From Flavobacteriaceae bacterium (lineage in GTDB: Bacteria > Bacteroidota > Bacteroidia > Flavobacteriales > Flavobacteriaceae): 64,000 nt of DNA. Shown one piece after another: positions 1 through 9,438 of this stretch. The notes beneath the pieces are model-generated. The model saw only the letters and a list, made by a program, of their open reading frames with translations. It searched no databases and had not been told where the DNA came from. Each line of letters begins with the position of its first letter. Position 1 is the first letter of the stretch. Location: positions 33,813 to 97,812 of the forward strand of contig JAENXC010000014.1 of assembly GCA_016649715.1 (NCBI GenBank). The letters run 5' to 3'. The translations under genes were made by a program, and so were the position numbers.

Positions 1-682
1 CGCGGTCCTTCAAGTTGTTGATTTCCAAAAGAGCCTGTTTTTCCTCAACTTCAATATTCAGGTTTGAAGAAACAAAATTTATAAGAAAACTGGGGCTTTC
101 AATATTTTTAATAGCAAAAGCCGCTTCCGAAGGAATGTTGGGACTTTGTTTAATTATCTGCAGCGCCATTTCCTTTATGGAATCTATAATTGCCTTGAAT
201 TCATCGCTATTCTTTTCGGGGCGGGCTTCGGCAACCTCACGGATTGTAGCCGTCATATAGGGGCTCGTGGTAATGACTTCAGCAACCTCAAATCGTTTTT
301 TCCCTTGAATGATTACCGTAGTGTTTCCATCGGGCATTTTTAGTACCCTAAGTATTTTGGCTACGGTCCCGATGGTATTTATATCCTCTATGCCGGGTTC
401 CTCTTCATTTTCGTCCTTTTGGGAAACAACGCCTATAACCTTGTTTCCTTTGTTGGTTTCGTTGATGAGTTTAATGGATTTGTCGCGGCCCGCCGTAATA
501 GGAATTACAACGCCCGGAAATAAAACCGTGTTCCGCAAAGGTAAAATAGGGAGTATCTCGGGAAGCTGCTCTTTGTGCATTGCATCTTCGTCTTCGGTGG
601 ACATTAACGGGATGAATTCTGCATCTTCCTGTATATCCTGAAATGACAACTTGTCTAATGATGTAAGTTTGGAATTGGCCAT
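1..682 (-). CDS. lon: Lon (La) ATP-dependent protease, N-terminal part; continues past the window start
   Basis: Not in the ORF track. Manual minus-strand translation from ATG at 682 gives MANSKLTSLDKLSFQDIQEDAEFIPLMSTEDE...LPILPLRNTVLFPGVVIPITAGRDKSIKLI...KMPDGNTTVIIQGKKRF, the Lon N-domain. Confidence 0.93.
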   Translation of the reverse strand, partial: MANSKLTSLDKLSFQDIQEDAEFIPLMSTEDEDAMHKEQLPEILPILPLRNTVLFPGVVIPITAGRDKSIKLINETNKGNKVIGVVSQKDENEEEPGIEDINTIGTVAKILRVLKMPDGNTTVIIQGKKRFEVAEVITTSPYMTATIREVAEARPEKNSDEFKAIIDSIKEMALQIIKQSPNIPSEAAFAIKNIESPSFLINFVSSNLNIEVEEKQALLEINNLKDR

Positions 683-806
683 ATAACTGTTTAGGACATT
701 GTGTCATAACTTGAGTACGCACAATGTTTATTGTTTAAATGTTTCTGTATTTTTTATGAAAGAACGCTGAATATCAAACGTATTGCATTCCCTTTGCTTC
801 TATAAT

Positions 807-821
807 TCAAGAGTTGTGCCA
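807..821 (-). promoter_or_regulatory. Sigma54-like -24/-12 motif upstream of lon
   Basis: Minus strand reads TGGCACAACTCTTGA against consensus TGGCACG-N4-TTGC; about 125 nt upstream of the lon start. Confidence 0.45.
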
Positions 822-901
822 GTTATGTTTTAATTTGTAAGTAACTATGAATTGAATACACAGTTAAAAACTGCATAACATATAGCTCTTCCAAAGAAAC
901 A

Positions 902-939
902 AAAAAGCCGTCATTGGTTTATTCCAAGACGGCTTTTTA
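902..939. terminator. Intrinsic terminator hairpin downstream of the repeat lipoprotein gene
   Basis: AAAAAGCCGTC...GACGGCTTTTT stem with A/T tracts on both sides. Confidence 0.75.
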
Positions 940-956
940 ATGTTCAAATATTTTCT

Positions 957-2351
957 TTAAGGAAGTACTATCAAAAATTCCCCAGCGGTTATTTGATAAA
1001 TCGTTGGGTCTTGTCCTGTAGCGTCCCGCCCCGTAAAGTTAAAAGTACCTTCAATAATTCCTGTGGCGAGGTCATAATTTGTGATTACTAAACTGCCCGG
1101 ATCTGAAACGTAGGTAATGGATGTGCCCACTTTGGGGGTGTAAGTTGCCACAATTTCATTTCCAACCACAATTTCGGTTCCCATTGGGAAAGTTCCCACA
1201 GTAACTGTCAACGGAAAACTCAGCACCATTTTTTCATCACCTTTTGTTGTGGTTATAGTTACCCGTGGATATTGGTTTACCACGTCAGTTTCCACCACAA
1301 TATCATCTGGAGTATAAGCCGTTCCGTCCACATTGGCGCTGAACGCATTGTTTGCTCCAGGAACGCCCACAAAATATGCTGTGAATCTTCCTTCGGTTAC
1401 TTCCACAACGTCCGGTAACTGATTTAAGGGGTCTGTTCCGGTAAAGTTGAAAGTGGCTTTCAGAACTCCTGCTTCAAGGTCAAATTCGGTTATGGTTATA
1501 GTTCCGGGGTCGGAAGTGAGATTTTCTGTCCCATTGCCAGCGTTGTAAACTGCAATCAATTTCGTTCCATCCGAAATGCGAACCATATCAAAAGTACCTT
1601 CGCCCAATGCACGTGGAACGTCAATGCGCATAAGTGCTCCTGCTGCGGTTTTGGCTTCTATTTTAATCATATGCACGTTGCCGACCATTGGTTCCGTAAC
1701 CGCAATACTATCGGCCACAAAATCAACTCCATCTACTTTTGCAAAAAATTCATCATCGGGGTTTCCACCACCGGTGCCGCCGCCAGTGTCGTCAAGGATG
1801 TACACTATTTTGTTAAAGGCGCCTCTTGATATTTCTATATTTTCCAAAACCGGATTGCCATTTATGTCGAAAATAGGGTCTCCGTTTGCGTCCACTTTTA
1901 TGCGCACACCTATAAAACTGAATGTTCCCGAAACGGTTTTTGCGGTTGCATCGAGTTCACTGATTTTCAACTGTCCCGAACCTCCCAAAGCTTGCGCAGA
2001 AATATAGGGGAGCACATTTATTGAACCGTCAAAATAACTTCCGGAGTTTTCATTGGTGCCGCCAGTGGTAAGACTGAAAGTGCCAACTGCAGCATCTGTA
2101 ATGGCAAGAACAATATCCTCGCCGCCAGGCTTTGAACCTTTTATGACCAATTCATTATCAGTAGTAAGTGTTGCAGTGGCTGTAGAGGCTATAAATTCCA
2201 GCCCTTCAATTTGGGCTTTGAATTGCCCCTCATCTGCATCATTTTGTTCTTCTTGGGGAAATTTACCTGTGAGGGGCTCGTTTTCACAGGAAAAAAACTG
2301 GAATACCAGAAATGCCAAAAGCACTCCTTTTATTAAATACATTTTCTTCAT
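957..2351 (-). CDS. Lipoprotein with three internal ~150-aa repeats (DUF6252-like)
   Basis: Likely start MKKMYL at 2351; lipobox FFSC; repeats begin FKAQIEG, FFAKVDG and FSANVDG and each ends in a GTFxFxG-like motif. Confidence 0.75.
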   Translation of the reverse strand: MKKMYLIKGVLLAFLVFQFFSCENEPLTGKFPQEEQNDADEGQFKAQIEGLEFIASTATATLTTDNELVIKGSKPGGEDIVLAITDAAVGTFSLTTGGTNENSGSYFDGSINVLPYISAQALGGSGQLKISELDATAKTVSGTFSFIGVRIKVDANGDPIFDINGNPVLENIEISRGAFNKIVYILDDTGGGTGGGNPDDEFFAKVDGVDFVADSIAVTEPMVGNVHMIKIEAKTAAGALMRIDVPRALGEGTFDMVRISDGTKLIAVYNAGNGTENLTSDPGTITITEFDLEAGVLKATFNFTGTDPLNQLPDVVEVTEGRFTAYFVGVPGANNAFSANVDGTAYTPDDIVVETDVVNQYPRVTITTTKGDEKMVLSFPLTVTVGTFPMGTEIVVGNEIVATYTPKVGTSITYVSDPGSLVITNYDLATGIIEGTFNFTGRDATGQDPTIYQITAGEFLIVLP

Positions 2352-2399
2352 AGAATAAGTAGTTTGGTAGGTAATAATCGCAAACTTAAACAAAAATGT

Positions 2400-3719
2400 T
2401 TAATTGTTTTTATTTCGAGGCACTCTTAACAACAAAAAAACTCCCGTCATAAAAAATATAACCAGAAACAATATGGAGTTACGCATACTTCCGGTTATTT
2501 GGTCTATAAAACCATAAATCAACATCCCGATAACGATTCCTATTTTTTCAGCAACGTCATAAAAGCTGAAATAGGAAGTGGTGTCTTTGGTTTCAGGCAA
2601 AAACTTTGAATAAGTGGAACGCGAAAGCGACTGAATTCCGCCCATAACAAGCCCTACTACTCCAGCAGTAGTATAAAATTGAATAGGCGTTTCTATAAAA
2701 AATGCAACTACACAAATTACAACCCAAATTATATTTATAACAATTAAAACAGGAATGTTTCCATGCTTTTCCGAAGCACGCGATGTTAAAATAGCACCTA
2801 AAACCGCTACTAATTGAATAATTAGAATGCTAACAATCAATCCGAACAGTTTTGCATCACCATCCCCCCAAGCGATTTCCTGTTCGCCAAAATAGGTTGC
2901 CACCAACATAACAGTTTGCACAGCCATACTGTAAACAAAGAATGCTGCCAAATATCTTTTTAGCTGAATGTTTTCGGAAAGGGAATTGTAAACCCCTTTC
3001 AATTCCCGAAAACCGTTCAATACTATTTTGGCACTAACTTTTTTCCCGCTTTTGTTACCCTTCGGAAGAAAATAAAATGAATATTGGCTGAAGAGGATCC
3101 ACCAAACCCCTACGCTTACGAAGGACCAGCGCATAGCTTGCACACTTGCGGCGCCTCCTTCCCCAAAACCGAAAATTTCAGGTTTCATAACCATTCCCAA
3201 ATTGAATAGCAACAAAATAACACTTCCTAAATATCCCAAGGAATATCCGCGGGCACTAACCCTATCCTGCTGTTCGGGAAAAGCAACATCCGGCAAATAC
3301 GAATTGTAGAAGACTAAACTTCCCCAAAAACCAATCAATCCAAAAAAATAAAAAAGAAGACTGATGTGAATATTTTCAAGGCTGAAAAAATAAAGACCCA
3401 TACAGGAAAGCGCACCCAGATAGCAGAAGAATTTCATAAAACTCTTCTTGTTGCCCACATAATCGGCAATGCCCGAAAGCAATGGCGAAATAAATGCCAC
3501 CAACAAAAACGCCGCCGCCGTTGTATAGCTTATCAACGGAGTACTCCTAATATTTCCGCCCAACACAGAAACGGTAGTGATTTCTGCCGATTTAAATAGT
3601 GCCTGATAATAAATAGGAAAAATGGCAGAAGCAATAACAAGGCTGTAAACGGAATTTGCCCAATCATAAAAAGCCCAAGCGTTCAGCAGTTTATTACTTC
3701 CTTTGGGTAAGTTGGGCAT
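2400..3719 (-). CDS. MFS transporter, UMF1/ATG22-like family
   Basis: About 12 hydrophobic segments; AWAFYDWANS, PLLSGIADY and QSLSRSTYSK motifs. Confidence 0.85.
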   Translation of the reverse strand: MPNLPKGSNKLLNAWAFYDWANSVYSLVIASAIFPIYYQALFKSAEITTVSVLGGNIRSTPLISYTTAAAFLLVAFISPLLSGIADYVGNKKSFMKFFCYLGALSCMGLYFFSLENIHISLLFYFFGLIGFWGSLVFYNSYLPDVAFPEQQDRVSARGYSLGYLGSVILLLFNLGMVMKPEIFGFGEGGAASVQAMRWSFVSVGVWWILFSQYSFYFLPKGNKSGKKVSAKIVLNGFRELKGVYNSLSENIQLKRYLAAFFVYSMAVQTVMLVATYFGEQEIAWGDGDAKLFGLIVSILIIQLVAVLGAILTSRASEKHGNIPVLIVINIIWVVICVVAFFIETPIQFYTTAGVVGLVMGGIQSLSRSTYSKFLPETKDTTSYFSFYDVAEKIGIVIGMLIYGFIDQITGSMRNSILFLVIFFMTGVFLLLRVPRNKNN

Positions 3720-3987
3720 AGGTTTGTGCAGTTTTTAGAAGGTACTAATCTAATAAAAAATCCCGCTTGGGGCGGGATTTTGAAAATTATCAGTAAAAAA
3801 ATTTATGATTGTCCGTAAAATTGCTAAATTAATAGATTCGAATTAAGATTAAAGGACATAAGACGTATGACTAAAAAATCAATGTATTTTATAATGAGTG
3901 TATTTGGTCTTACGTCCTATGTCTTACTGTCCTAAGCCCATAATATGTATTTAAACAAATAAGCATTAAAAATTTATGTTCTTGGCT

Positions 3988-4803
3988 TTATCTTATGAAA
4001 TTGGTAACTCCAAACTTTTTCGCCTCAGCTCTTGCTTCGGGCGCCCAAGCTCGTAAATTTTGAATTCGAGTGGTACTGGAAGGGTGAGTGCTCAAAAATT
4101 CTGGCGGTGCGCCTTGCTCCTGTGCCTGCATGCGCTGCCAAAGTTCTGCTGCAACACTGGGATCGTAACCCGCAATAGCCATTAAAATCAATCCAATGTG
4201 GTCTGCCTCGGTCTCGTGGCTTCTGCTAAAAGGGAGCATTACGCCAAGATTGGAGCCCAATCCATAAGCTGCATTAAAAATTTGTGCATTTTTAGAATTG
4301 GCCGTTGCAACTCCCACGCCTACTGCGCCAAGTTGTTGAAGCTGATCTGCACTCATTCGCTGTTGGCCATGATTTGCCAAAGCGTGTGCAACCTCGTGGC
4401 CCATAACGGCGGCGAGACCTGCTTCATCTTTTGTGATTGGCAAAATACCAGTGTACACCACTATTTTTCCTCCAGGCATACACCAAGCGTTTACTTCCTT
4501 GCTGTCCACCAAGTGATATTCCCATTTGTAATCTGATAAATAGCCTGCATAGCCATTTGCATCTAAATAGCGTTTTGAGGCTGCGGCTATTTTTTGCCCC
4601 ACATTGGTTACCATTCTTGCATCGGCAGTGTTGGACACCACTTTGTTTTCAGACAAAAACTGACTGTATTGCTGAAATGCCATGGGCAAAATCTGTGAAT
4701 TGGGTACCAAGGCAAGGGTTTGTTTACCAGTAAATGGATTGGTGCTACAGGCAACAACAATTGCCCCCAATAACAATATTAAAAAGGATTTTTTGAGTTT
4801 CAT
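3988..4803 (-). CDS. M48 family zinc metallopeptidase lipoprotein
   Basis: Lipobox VVAC; NAWCMPGG, HEVAH (HEXXH), FSRSHETEAD and FLSTHP motifs. Confidence 0.92.
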   Translation of the reverse strand: MKLKKSFLILLLGAIVVACSTNPFTGKQTLALVPNSQILPMAFQQYSQFLSENKVVSNTADARMVTNVGQKIAAASKRYLDANGYAGYLSDYKWEYHLVDSKEVNAWCMPGGKIVVYTGILPITKDEAGLAAVMGHEVAHALANHGQQRMSADQLQQLGAVGVGVATANSKNAQIFNAAYGLGSNLGVMLPFSRSHETEADHIGLILMAIAGYDPSVAAELWQRMQAQEQGAPPEFLSTHPSSTTRIQNLRAWAPEARAEAKKFGVTNFIR

Positions 4804-4972
4804 ATTAAGATGGTTTTATTGGAGTTTTAAAATTAGAGATATAAATTTTAGGAAACTATTAAAGTTATTCTAAAGTTTTTTTTAAAAATTGTTCCAAAAA
4901 AAAATCAAACTTTAATGTTTCCTTAATACATAGGATTGTTGGAAGCTACTAAATTTATAGACTTTAAAAAGT

Positions 4973-4987
4973 TGGAACGACTTTTGT
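4973..4987 (+). promoter_or_regulatory. Sigma54-like -24/-12 motif upstream of the lipoprotein-msrB-msrB run
   Basis: TGGAACGACTTTTGT with correct GG/G spacing, 35 nt before the ATG at 5023. Confidence 0.4.
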
Positions 4988-5022
4988 AAACTTCACCTTA
5001 AAATCATTTAAAATATTTAATT

Positions 5023-5535
5023 ATGAAAAACATACTTCTTTTTTTGGCGTTTTCAACAACAATACTTTTCACTTCCTGTCAAGGCGATCCAGGTCCTCCG
5101 GGACAGGATGGCGTCTCTTTCTTGGGAAAGGTTTTTGAAACTACTGTAAATTTCAATAGCGGAAATAATTTCGAAAACTTAATTACTTTCCCTTCAAACG
5201 TTGAAGTTTATGAAAGCGACGTTGTTCTTGTTTATCATTTGGTTGAGACAATTCCTGGTAATGGCGGTTCAATTGACGTATGGGAACAATTGCCACAGAC
5301 CTATTTCCCTCCACAGGGAACCCTATTGTATAGTTTTGACCATACTTTTTTGGATGTAAAAATATTTTTGGATGCCAATTTTGACCTTAATACATTGGGA
5401 AGCGAATTTACAAATAACCAGACTTTCCGAATAGCCGTTGTTCCCGCAGAATTCGCAAAGACAAATCCTTCAATGAAACAAGTGCTTGAAATGATGCAAA
5501 TGGACGGTTCGCAAATTGAAAAGATAGAACTTTAA
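5023..5535 (+). CDS. Hypothetical lipoprotein with a short collagen-like GXY stretch
   Basis: Lipobox FTSC followed by GDPGPPGQDG; no catalytic motif recognised. Confidence 0.75.
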   Translation: MKNILLFLAFSTTILFTSCQGDPGPPGQDGVSFLGKVFETTVNFNSGNNFENLITFPSNVEVYESDVVLVYHLVETIPGNGGSIDVWEQLPQTYFPPQGTLLYSFDHTFLDVKIFLDANFDLNTLGSEFTNNQTFRIAVVPAEFAKTNPSMKQVLEMMQMDGSQIEKIEL

Positions 5536-5539
5536 TGCA

Positions 5540-6025
5540 ATGAAGGTTTTTAGTGCAATTATTGTTTTGAGTGCTTTGTTTTTCAGTTGCAATTCTCCCG
5601 CACAGAAAAACAAAGCAACAAAGCAAGAAACCTTTAAAATAACTAAAACTGATGCGGAATGGAAAGCACAATTATCTGCTTCTGCATATAATGTGCTCAG
5701 AAAGGAAGGAACGGAACGCGCTTTCACCAGTGAATTGAACGACAATCATAAAGCAGGTAAATTCGTCTGCGCTGGCTGCGGGACCCCTGTTTTTGAAAGC
5801 ATACACAAGTTTGATAGCGGCACGGGTTGGCCAAGTTTTGAAAGGGAAATTAAAGGCAATGTTACTTTTTCCACCGATAGAAAATTGGGATACACCCGCA
5901 CCGAGGAACATTGCGCCATTTGCGGCGGACATTTGGGCCACGTTTTTAACGATGGTCCCGAAACCACTGGAAAACGACATTGCATAAATGGTGTGGCACT
6001 AAAATTTATACCTGAATATGAATAA
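5540..6025 (+). CDS. msrB: Peptide-methionine (R)-S-oxide reductase, exported lipoprotein form
   Basis: Lipobox FFSC; CAGC and CAIC zinc pairs; KFDSGTGWPSF; GHLGHVFNDGP; RHCING. Confidence 0.93.
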   Translation: MKVFSAIIVLSALFFSCNSPAQKNKATKQETFKITKTDAEWKAQLSASAYNVLRKEGTERAFTSELNDNHKAGKFVCAGCGTPVFESIHKFDSGTGWPSFEREIKGNVTFSTDRKLGYTRTEEHCAICGGHLGHVFNDGPETTGKRHCINGVALKFIPEYE

Positions 6026-6419
6026 ACCAAATGAATATCCAATAAACAAATCGGAAGCCGAATGGCGCGAGGAATTGGGCGAAAAACGTTACCATATTCT
6101 TCGTGAAAAAGGCACCGAATTTCCCCGAACAGGGGAATACAATCTTACTTTTGAAGAGGGAACCTACGTCTGCGGCGCCTGCCACACCCCGCTTTTTAAA
6201 AGCGACAACAAATTTGAAAGCAGTTGTGGTTGGCCTTCTTTTGACGACTCTATTGAAGGCGCCGTGGAATATGTAAAAGACATATCGCACGGAATGATGC
6301 GAACAGAAATCCTCTGCTCCAACTGTGGCAGCCACTTGGGACACGTTTTTGAAGATGGATCCACTGAAACTGGGCAGCGGTATTGTATAAATTCACTTTC
6401 GTTGGATTTTAAGAAATAA
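6018..6419 (+). CDS. msrB: Peptide-methionine (R)-S-oxide reductase, cytoplasmic form
   Basis: No signal peptide; CGAC and CSNC pairs; KFESSCGWPSF; HLGHVF; RYCINS. Confidence 0.93.
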   Translation: MNKPNEYPINKSEAEWREELGEKRYHILREKGTEFPRTGEYNLTFEEGTYVCGACHTPLFKSDNKFESSCGWPSFDDSIEGAVEYVKDISHGMMRTEILCSNCGSHLGHVFEDGSTETGQRYCINSLSLDFKK

Positions 6420-6592
6420 ATCCCAAAATTCAAGCATTAAATCCCAAACCCGCCTGCCGGACGGGCAGGTAAATCCCAAATCTTAAAAACCAAATTCCAA
6501 TGAGCAATTCTTTGGAATTTGGTTTTTTTTGTTTTTTGAATTTTTACTTTTGAGATTTATTTGGAATTTGGAGTTTGTTATTTGGAATTTTT
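6420..6592. repeat. Inverted array of AAATCCC/AAATTCC-type short repeats carrying a 21-bp palindromic cassette at 6449-6469
   Basis: Left arm has AATCCCAAA/AAATTCCAA units and right arm has TTGGAATTT units; cassette is CCCGCCTGCCGGACGGGCAGG. Confidence 0.7.
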
Positions 6593-6647
6593 CCCTTTGT
6601 ATTTTGTAATTTCGTACCTCCAAAAAATTAAGACTTAAACACAAAAA

Positions 6648-8024
6648 ATGAGCAAATACGACATAATAGTTTTAGGAAGCGGTCCCGGCGGCTATGTTAC
6701 CGCAATCAGGGCTTCACAACTCGGTTTTAAGACCGCCATTGTTGAAAAGGAAAGCCTTGGGGGCGTTTGTTTAAACTGGGGTTGCATCCCTACAAAAGCA
6801 CTTTTAAAGAGCGCGCAGGTTTTTGATTATCTAAAACACGCCGACAGTTACGGACTTATCGTAAAGGATTTCGATAAAGATTTCGGAAAAGTAGTGGAAA
6901 GAAGCCGCAACGTTGCAGATGGAATGAGCAAAGGCGTTCAGTTTTTGATGAAAAAGAATAAAATTGACGTAATCAATGGCTTCGGAAAAATTAAACCCGG
7001 AAAGAAGATTGACGTTGACGGAAAAGAATATTCCGCAGACCATATAATCATTGCCACCGGCGCGCGTTCTCGCGAATTGCCAAACTTAAAGCAAGACGGC
7101 AAAAAGGTGATTGGCTACCGCGAAGCAATGACTTTAAAAACGCAACCCAAAAGTATGATTGTTGTGGGCAGTGGCGCCATTGGCGCTGAGTTTGCACATT
7201 TTTACAATTCTATGGGAACTGATGTTACTATTGTTGAATTTCTCCCAAATCTTGTTCCCTTGGAAGACGAAGACGTTTCAAAACAATTTGAGCGTTCCTT
7301 CAAAAAAGCGGGAATTAAAGTAATGACCAATTCATCCGTAGAAAAATTGGACACTTCCGGAAAACTGGTAAAAGCTACCGTAAAAACTTTCAAAGGCGAA
7401 GAAATATTGGAAGCCGAAATCGTGCTTTCTGCAGTTGGTATTGCTACAAATATTGAAAATATAGGCCTTGAAGAAGTAGGTATTGTAACCGATAAAGGAA
7501 AAGTAATAGTGAATGATTGGTACCAAACCAACATTCCCGGCTATTATGCCATTGGCGATATAACGCCCGGTCCTGCCCTAGCCCACGTTGCTTCGGCTGA
7601 AGGAATTACCTGTGTTGAAAAAATTGCTGGCCTTCACGTTGAACCTATAGACTACGGAAATATTCCCGGCTGTACTTACGCAAGCCCAGAAATTGCAAGC
7701 GTTGGGATGACCGAAAAGCAAGCAAAGGAAGCGGGCTACGAACTTAAAGTTGGTAAATTCCCCTTCTCTGCCAGTGGAAAAGCAAGTGCTTCCGGTGAAA
7801 AGGACGGTTTTGTAAAAGTAATTTTTGATGCAAAATACGGCGAATGGCTGGGCTGCCATATGATTGGCGCCGGCGTAACCGATATGATTGCCGAAGCTGT
7901 TTTGGGACGAAAACTAGAAACCACAGGCTACGAAGTGCTAAAAACAATCCACCCGCACCCAACAATGAGTGAAGCCGTGATGGAAGCCGTTGCCGATGCT
8001 TATGGGGAAGTGATCCACTTATAG
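6648..8024 (+). CDS. lpdA: Dihydrolipoyl dehydrogenase (E3)
   Basis: GSGPGGY FAD-binding motif, GGVCLNWGCIPTK redox disulfide, GSGAIG, and HPHPTMSE C-terminus. Confidence 0.97.
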   Translation: MSKYDIIVLGSGPGGYVTAIRASQLGFKTAIVEKESLGGVCLNWGCIPTKALLKSAQVFDYLKHADSYGLIVKDFDKDFGKVVERSRNVADGMSKGVQFLMKKNKIDVINGFGKIKPGKKIDVDGKEYSADHIIIATGARSRELPNLKQDGKKVIGYREAMTLKTQPKSMIVVGSGAIGAEFAHFYNSMGTDVTIVEFLPNLVPLEDEDVSKQFERSFKKAGIKVMTNSSVEKLDTSGKLVKATVKTFKGEEILEAEIVLSAVGIATNIENIGLEEVGIVTDKGKVIVNDWYQTNIPGYYAIGDITPGPALAHVASAEGITCVEKIAGLHVEPIDYGNIPGCTYASPEIASVGMTEKQAKEAGYELKVGKFPFSASGKASASGEKDGFVKVIFDAKYGEWLGCHMIGAGVTDMIAEAVLGRKLETTGYEVLKTIHPHPTMSEAVMEAVADAYGEVIHL

Positions 8025-8064
8025 ACGTAAGACCGCTTCGCTATAAGACGTAAGACATAAGACT

Positions 8065-8091
8065 AAAAAAGCTCCAACTCGGAGCTTTTTT
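8065..8091. terminator. Bidirectional terminator between lpdA and aroQ
   Basis: AAAAAAGCTCC-AACTC-GGAGCTTTTTT. Confidence 0.85.
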
Positions 8092-8109
8092 TATTTATCA
8101 AAAATGGTT

Positions 8110-8174
8110 CCTTCCCCTTTTTCAGGGGAAGGTGGATTTCAAATCGCTTTTCGCGATTTGAAAGACGGAAGGGG
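8110..8174. repeat. REP-like nested palindrome (CCTTCCCC...GGGGAAGG...GACGGAAGGGG)
   Basis: Outer CCTTCC/GGAAGG arms with inner hairpins CCCCT..AGGGG and TTTCAAATCGC..GCGATTTGAAA; abuts the aroQ stop. Confidence 0.65.
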
Positions 8175-8591
8175 TCATTTCAAAAAACTCTGCAAAGCCA
8201 ACTCATAACTCTGCAGCCCAAATCCAATAATAACTCCCTTTGTATAAGGCGAAATATAGCTTTTGTGCCTAAAATCCTCTCTTGAAAAAGTGTTGGAAAT
8301 ATGAACTTCCACAACGGGCGTGGATATGGCTCTCACCGCGTCTGCAATGCCTACGGAAGTATGGGTATAAGCCGCAGCGTTCAGAATGATGCCATCATAC
8401 CCATAGCCTACTTCCTGAATTTTATCGATTAATTCCCCTTCAATATTCGACTGAAAATAGGAGATTTCCTGGTTTGCGTACTTCTTCTGCAATTTTTCAA
8501 AAAAATCGTTGAAGGTTTCGTTTCCGTAAATGTCGTTTTCGCGCTTACCGAGCAGGTTTAGGTTTGGGCCGTTGATGATGATGATTTTCAT
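8175..8591 (-). CDS. aroQ: Type II 3-dehydroquinate dehydratase
   Basis: True start MKIIIINGPNLNLLGKRE at 8591; QSNIEG, NAAAYTHTS and VEVHISN motifs. Confidence 0.96.
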   Translation of the reverse strand: MKIIIINGPNLNLLGKRENDIYGNETFNDFFEKLQKKYANQEISYFQSNIEGELIDKIQEVGYGYDGIILNAAAYTHTSVGIADAVRAISTPVVEVHISNTFSREDFRHKSYISPYTKGVIIGFGLQSYELALQSFLK

Positions 8592-8658
8592 ATCGTAAAT
8601 ATATAAAATAAAAAAAGCAGGAACATTGCTCCTGCTTTTATAAAGTGAATCAGATGAT

Positions 8659-9306
8659 TTAAAAAGAATATCCTGAAGAAACTTGGAAGACGTTGTTTTT
8701 TCGTTTATATGTAGTTTCATTATAAATAGGTTCATCTCCTCCATCATAATAAAAGATTGAAGTATCATTAATATTAGAAATGCCTTTATTGAATCTCAAA
8801 CTAAAAAACACTCCATTTTTTAAACGATAACTTGCACCAATACCCATGGCAAGTTCGATTGACTTATAGCCGTCCTTTACGTCCATTTTATCTGTTCCAT
8901 CAGAATCTTCATACTTAGATTTGGCCGAAACTAAAACACCTACTTGGGGCCCAAGTTCTACACTAAGCCCTTCTATAATGTAATATTTCGCCATTACGGG
9001 AACGTTGATGTAATCAAGTGATACATGAGAGTTATAATCTTCATCATACCCCAAATAACTATTGTATTTATAACCCTGGGAAGAATATAAAAGCTCGGGC
9101 TGTATGGCAAACTTGCCAACTAGTGGGATTTCAACCAAACCGCCTAGGTGAAAACTTAATCGAGGGTCGAAACCATCAACGTAATCGCCACCAAGGGAAG
9201 CTACGTTAAGGCCGGCTTTAACCCCAAATCTGATTTTGCCTTCTTGGGCGGTTGAGTTTGCATATACAAAAATTGCAAATGCCATAAAAAGTAAAAGTTT
9301 TTTCAT
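8659..9306 (-). CDS. Outer-membrane beta-barrel (porin family, PorT/OMP_b-brl_2-like), copy 3
   Basis: Signal peptide; FGVKAGLN, IQPELLYSSQG and YINVPVM motifs; terminal aromatic GYSF. Confidence 0.85.
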   Translation of the reverse strand: MKKLLLFMAFAIFVYANSTAQEGKIRFGVKAGLNVASLGGDYVDGFDPRLSFHLGGLVEIPLVGKFAIQPELLYSSQGYKYNSYLGYDEDYNSHVSLDYINVPVMAKYYIIEGLSVELGPQVGVLVSAKSKYEDSDGTDKMDVKDGYKSIELAMGIGASYRLKNGVFFSLRFNKGISNINDTSIFYYDGGDEPIYNETTYKRKNNVFQVSSGYSF

Positions 9307-9438
9307 AATTAAATAACTTTAAAGATTAGTGATATAAAAATAATCAAAGGTTTCAGAGTGTGTAAAAAAGATTCACTTTCTACAACAAAAAAGCAGGAAA
9401 ATAATTTCCTGCTTTTGTACAATTTAAACGTTTAAACT

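Noticed and set aside
15-641. Plus-strand ORFs at the window start and the many short antisense ORFs in the track
   Set aside because: They are antisense or alternate-frame shadows of well-supported genes (here lon) with no recognisable motifs.
8592-8768. N-terminal extensions in the ORF track (aroQ; also zapA, globin, ccsA, RsmB-family, T9SS genes, purL)
   Set aside because: They overlap neighbouring genes, terminators, promoters or repeats. The family-typical start is the downstream ATG, which I used.
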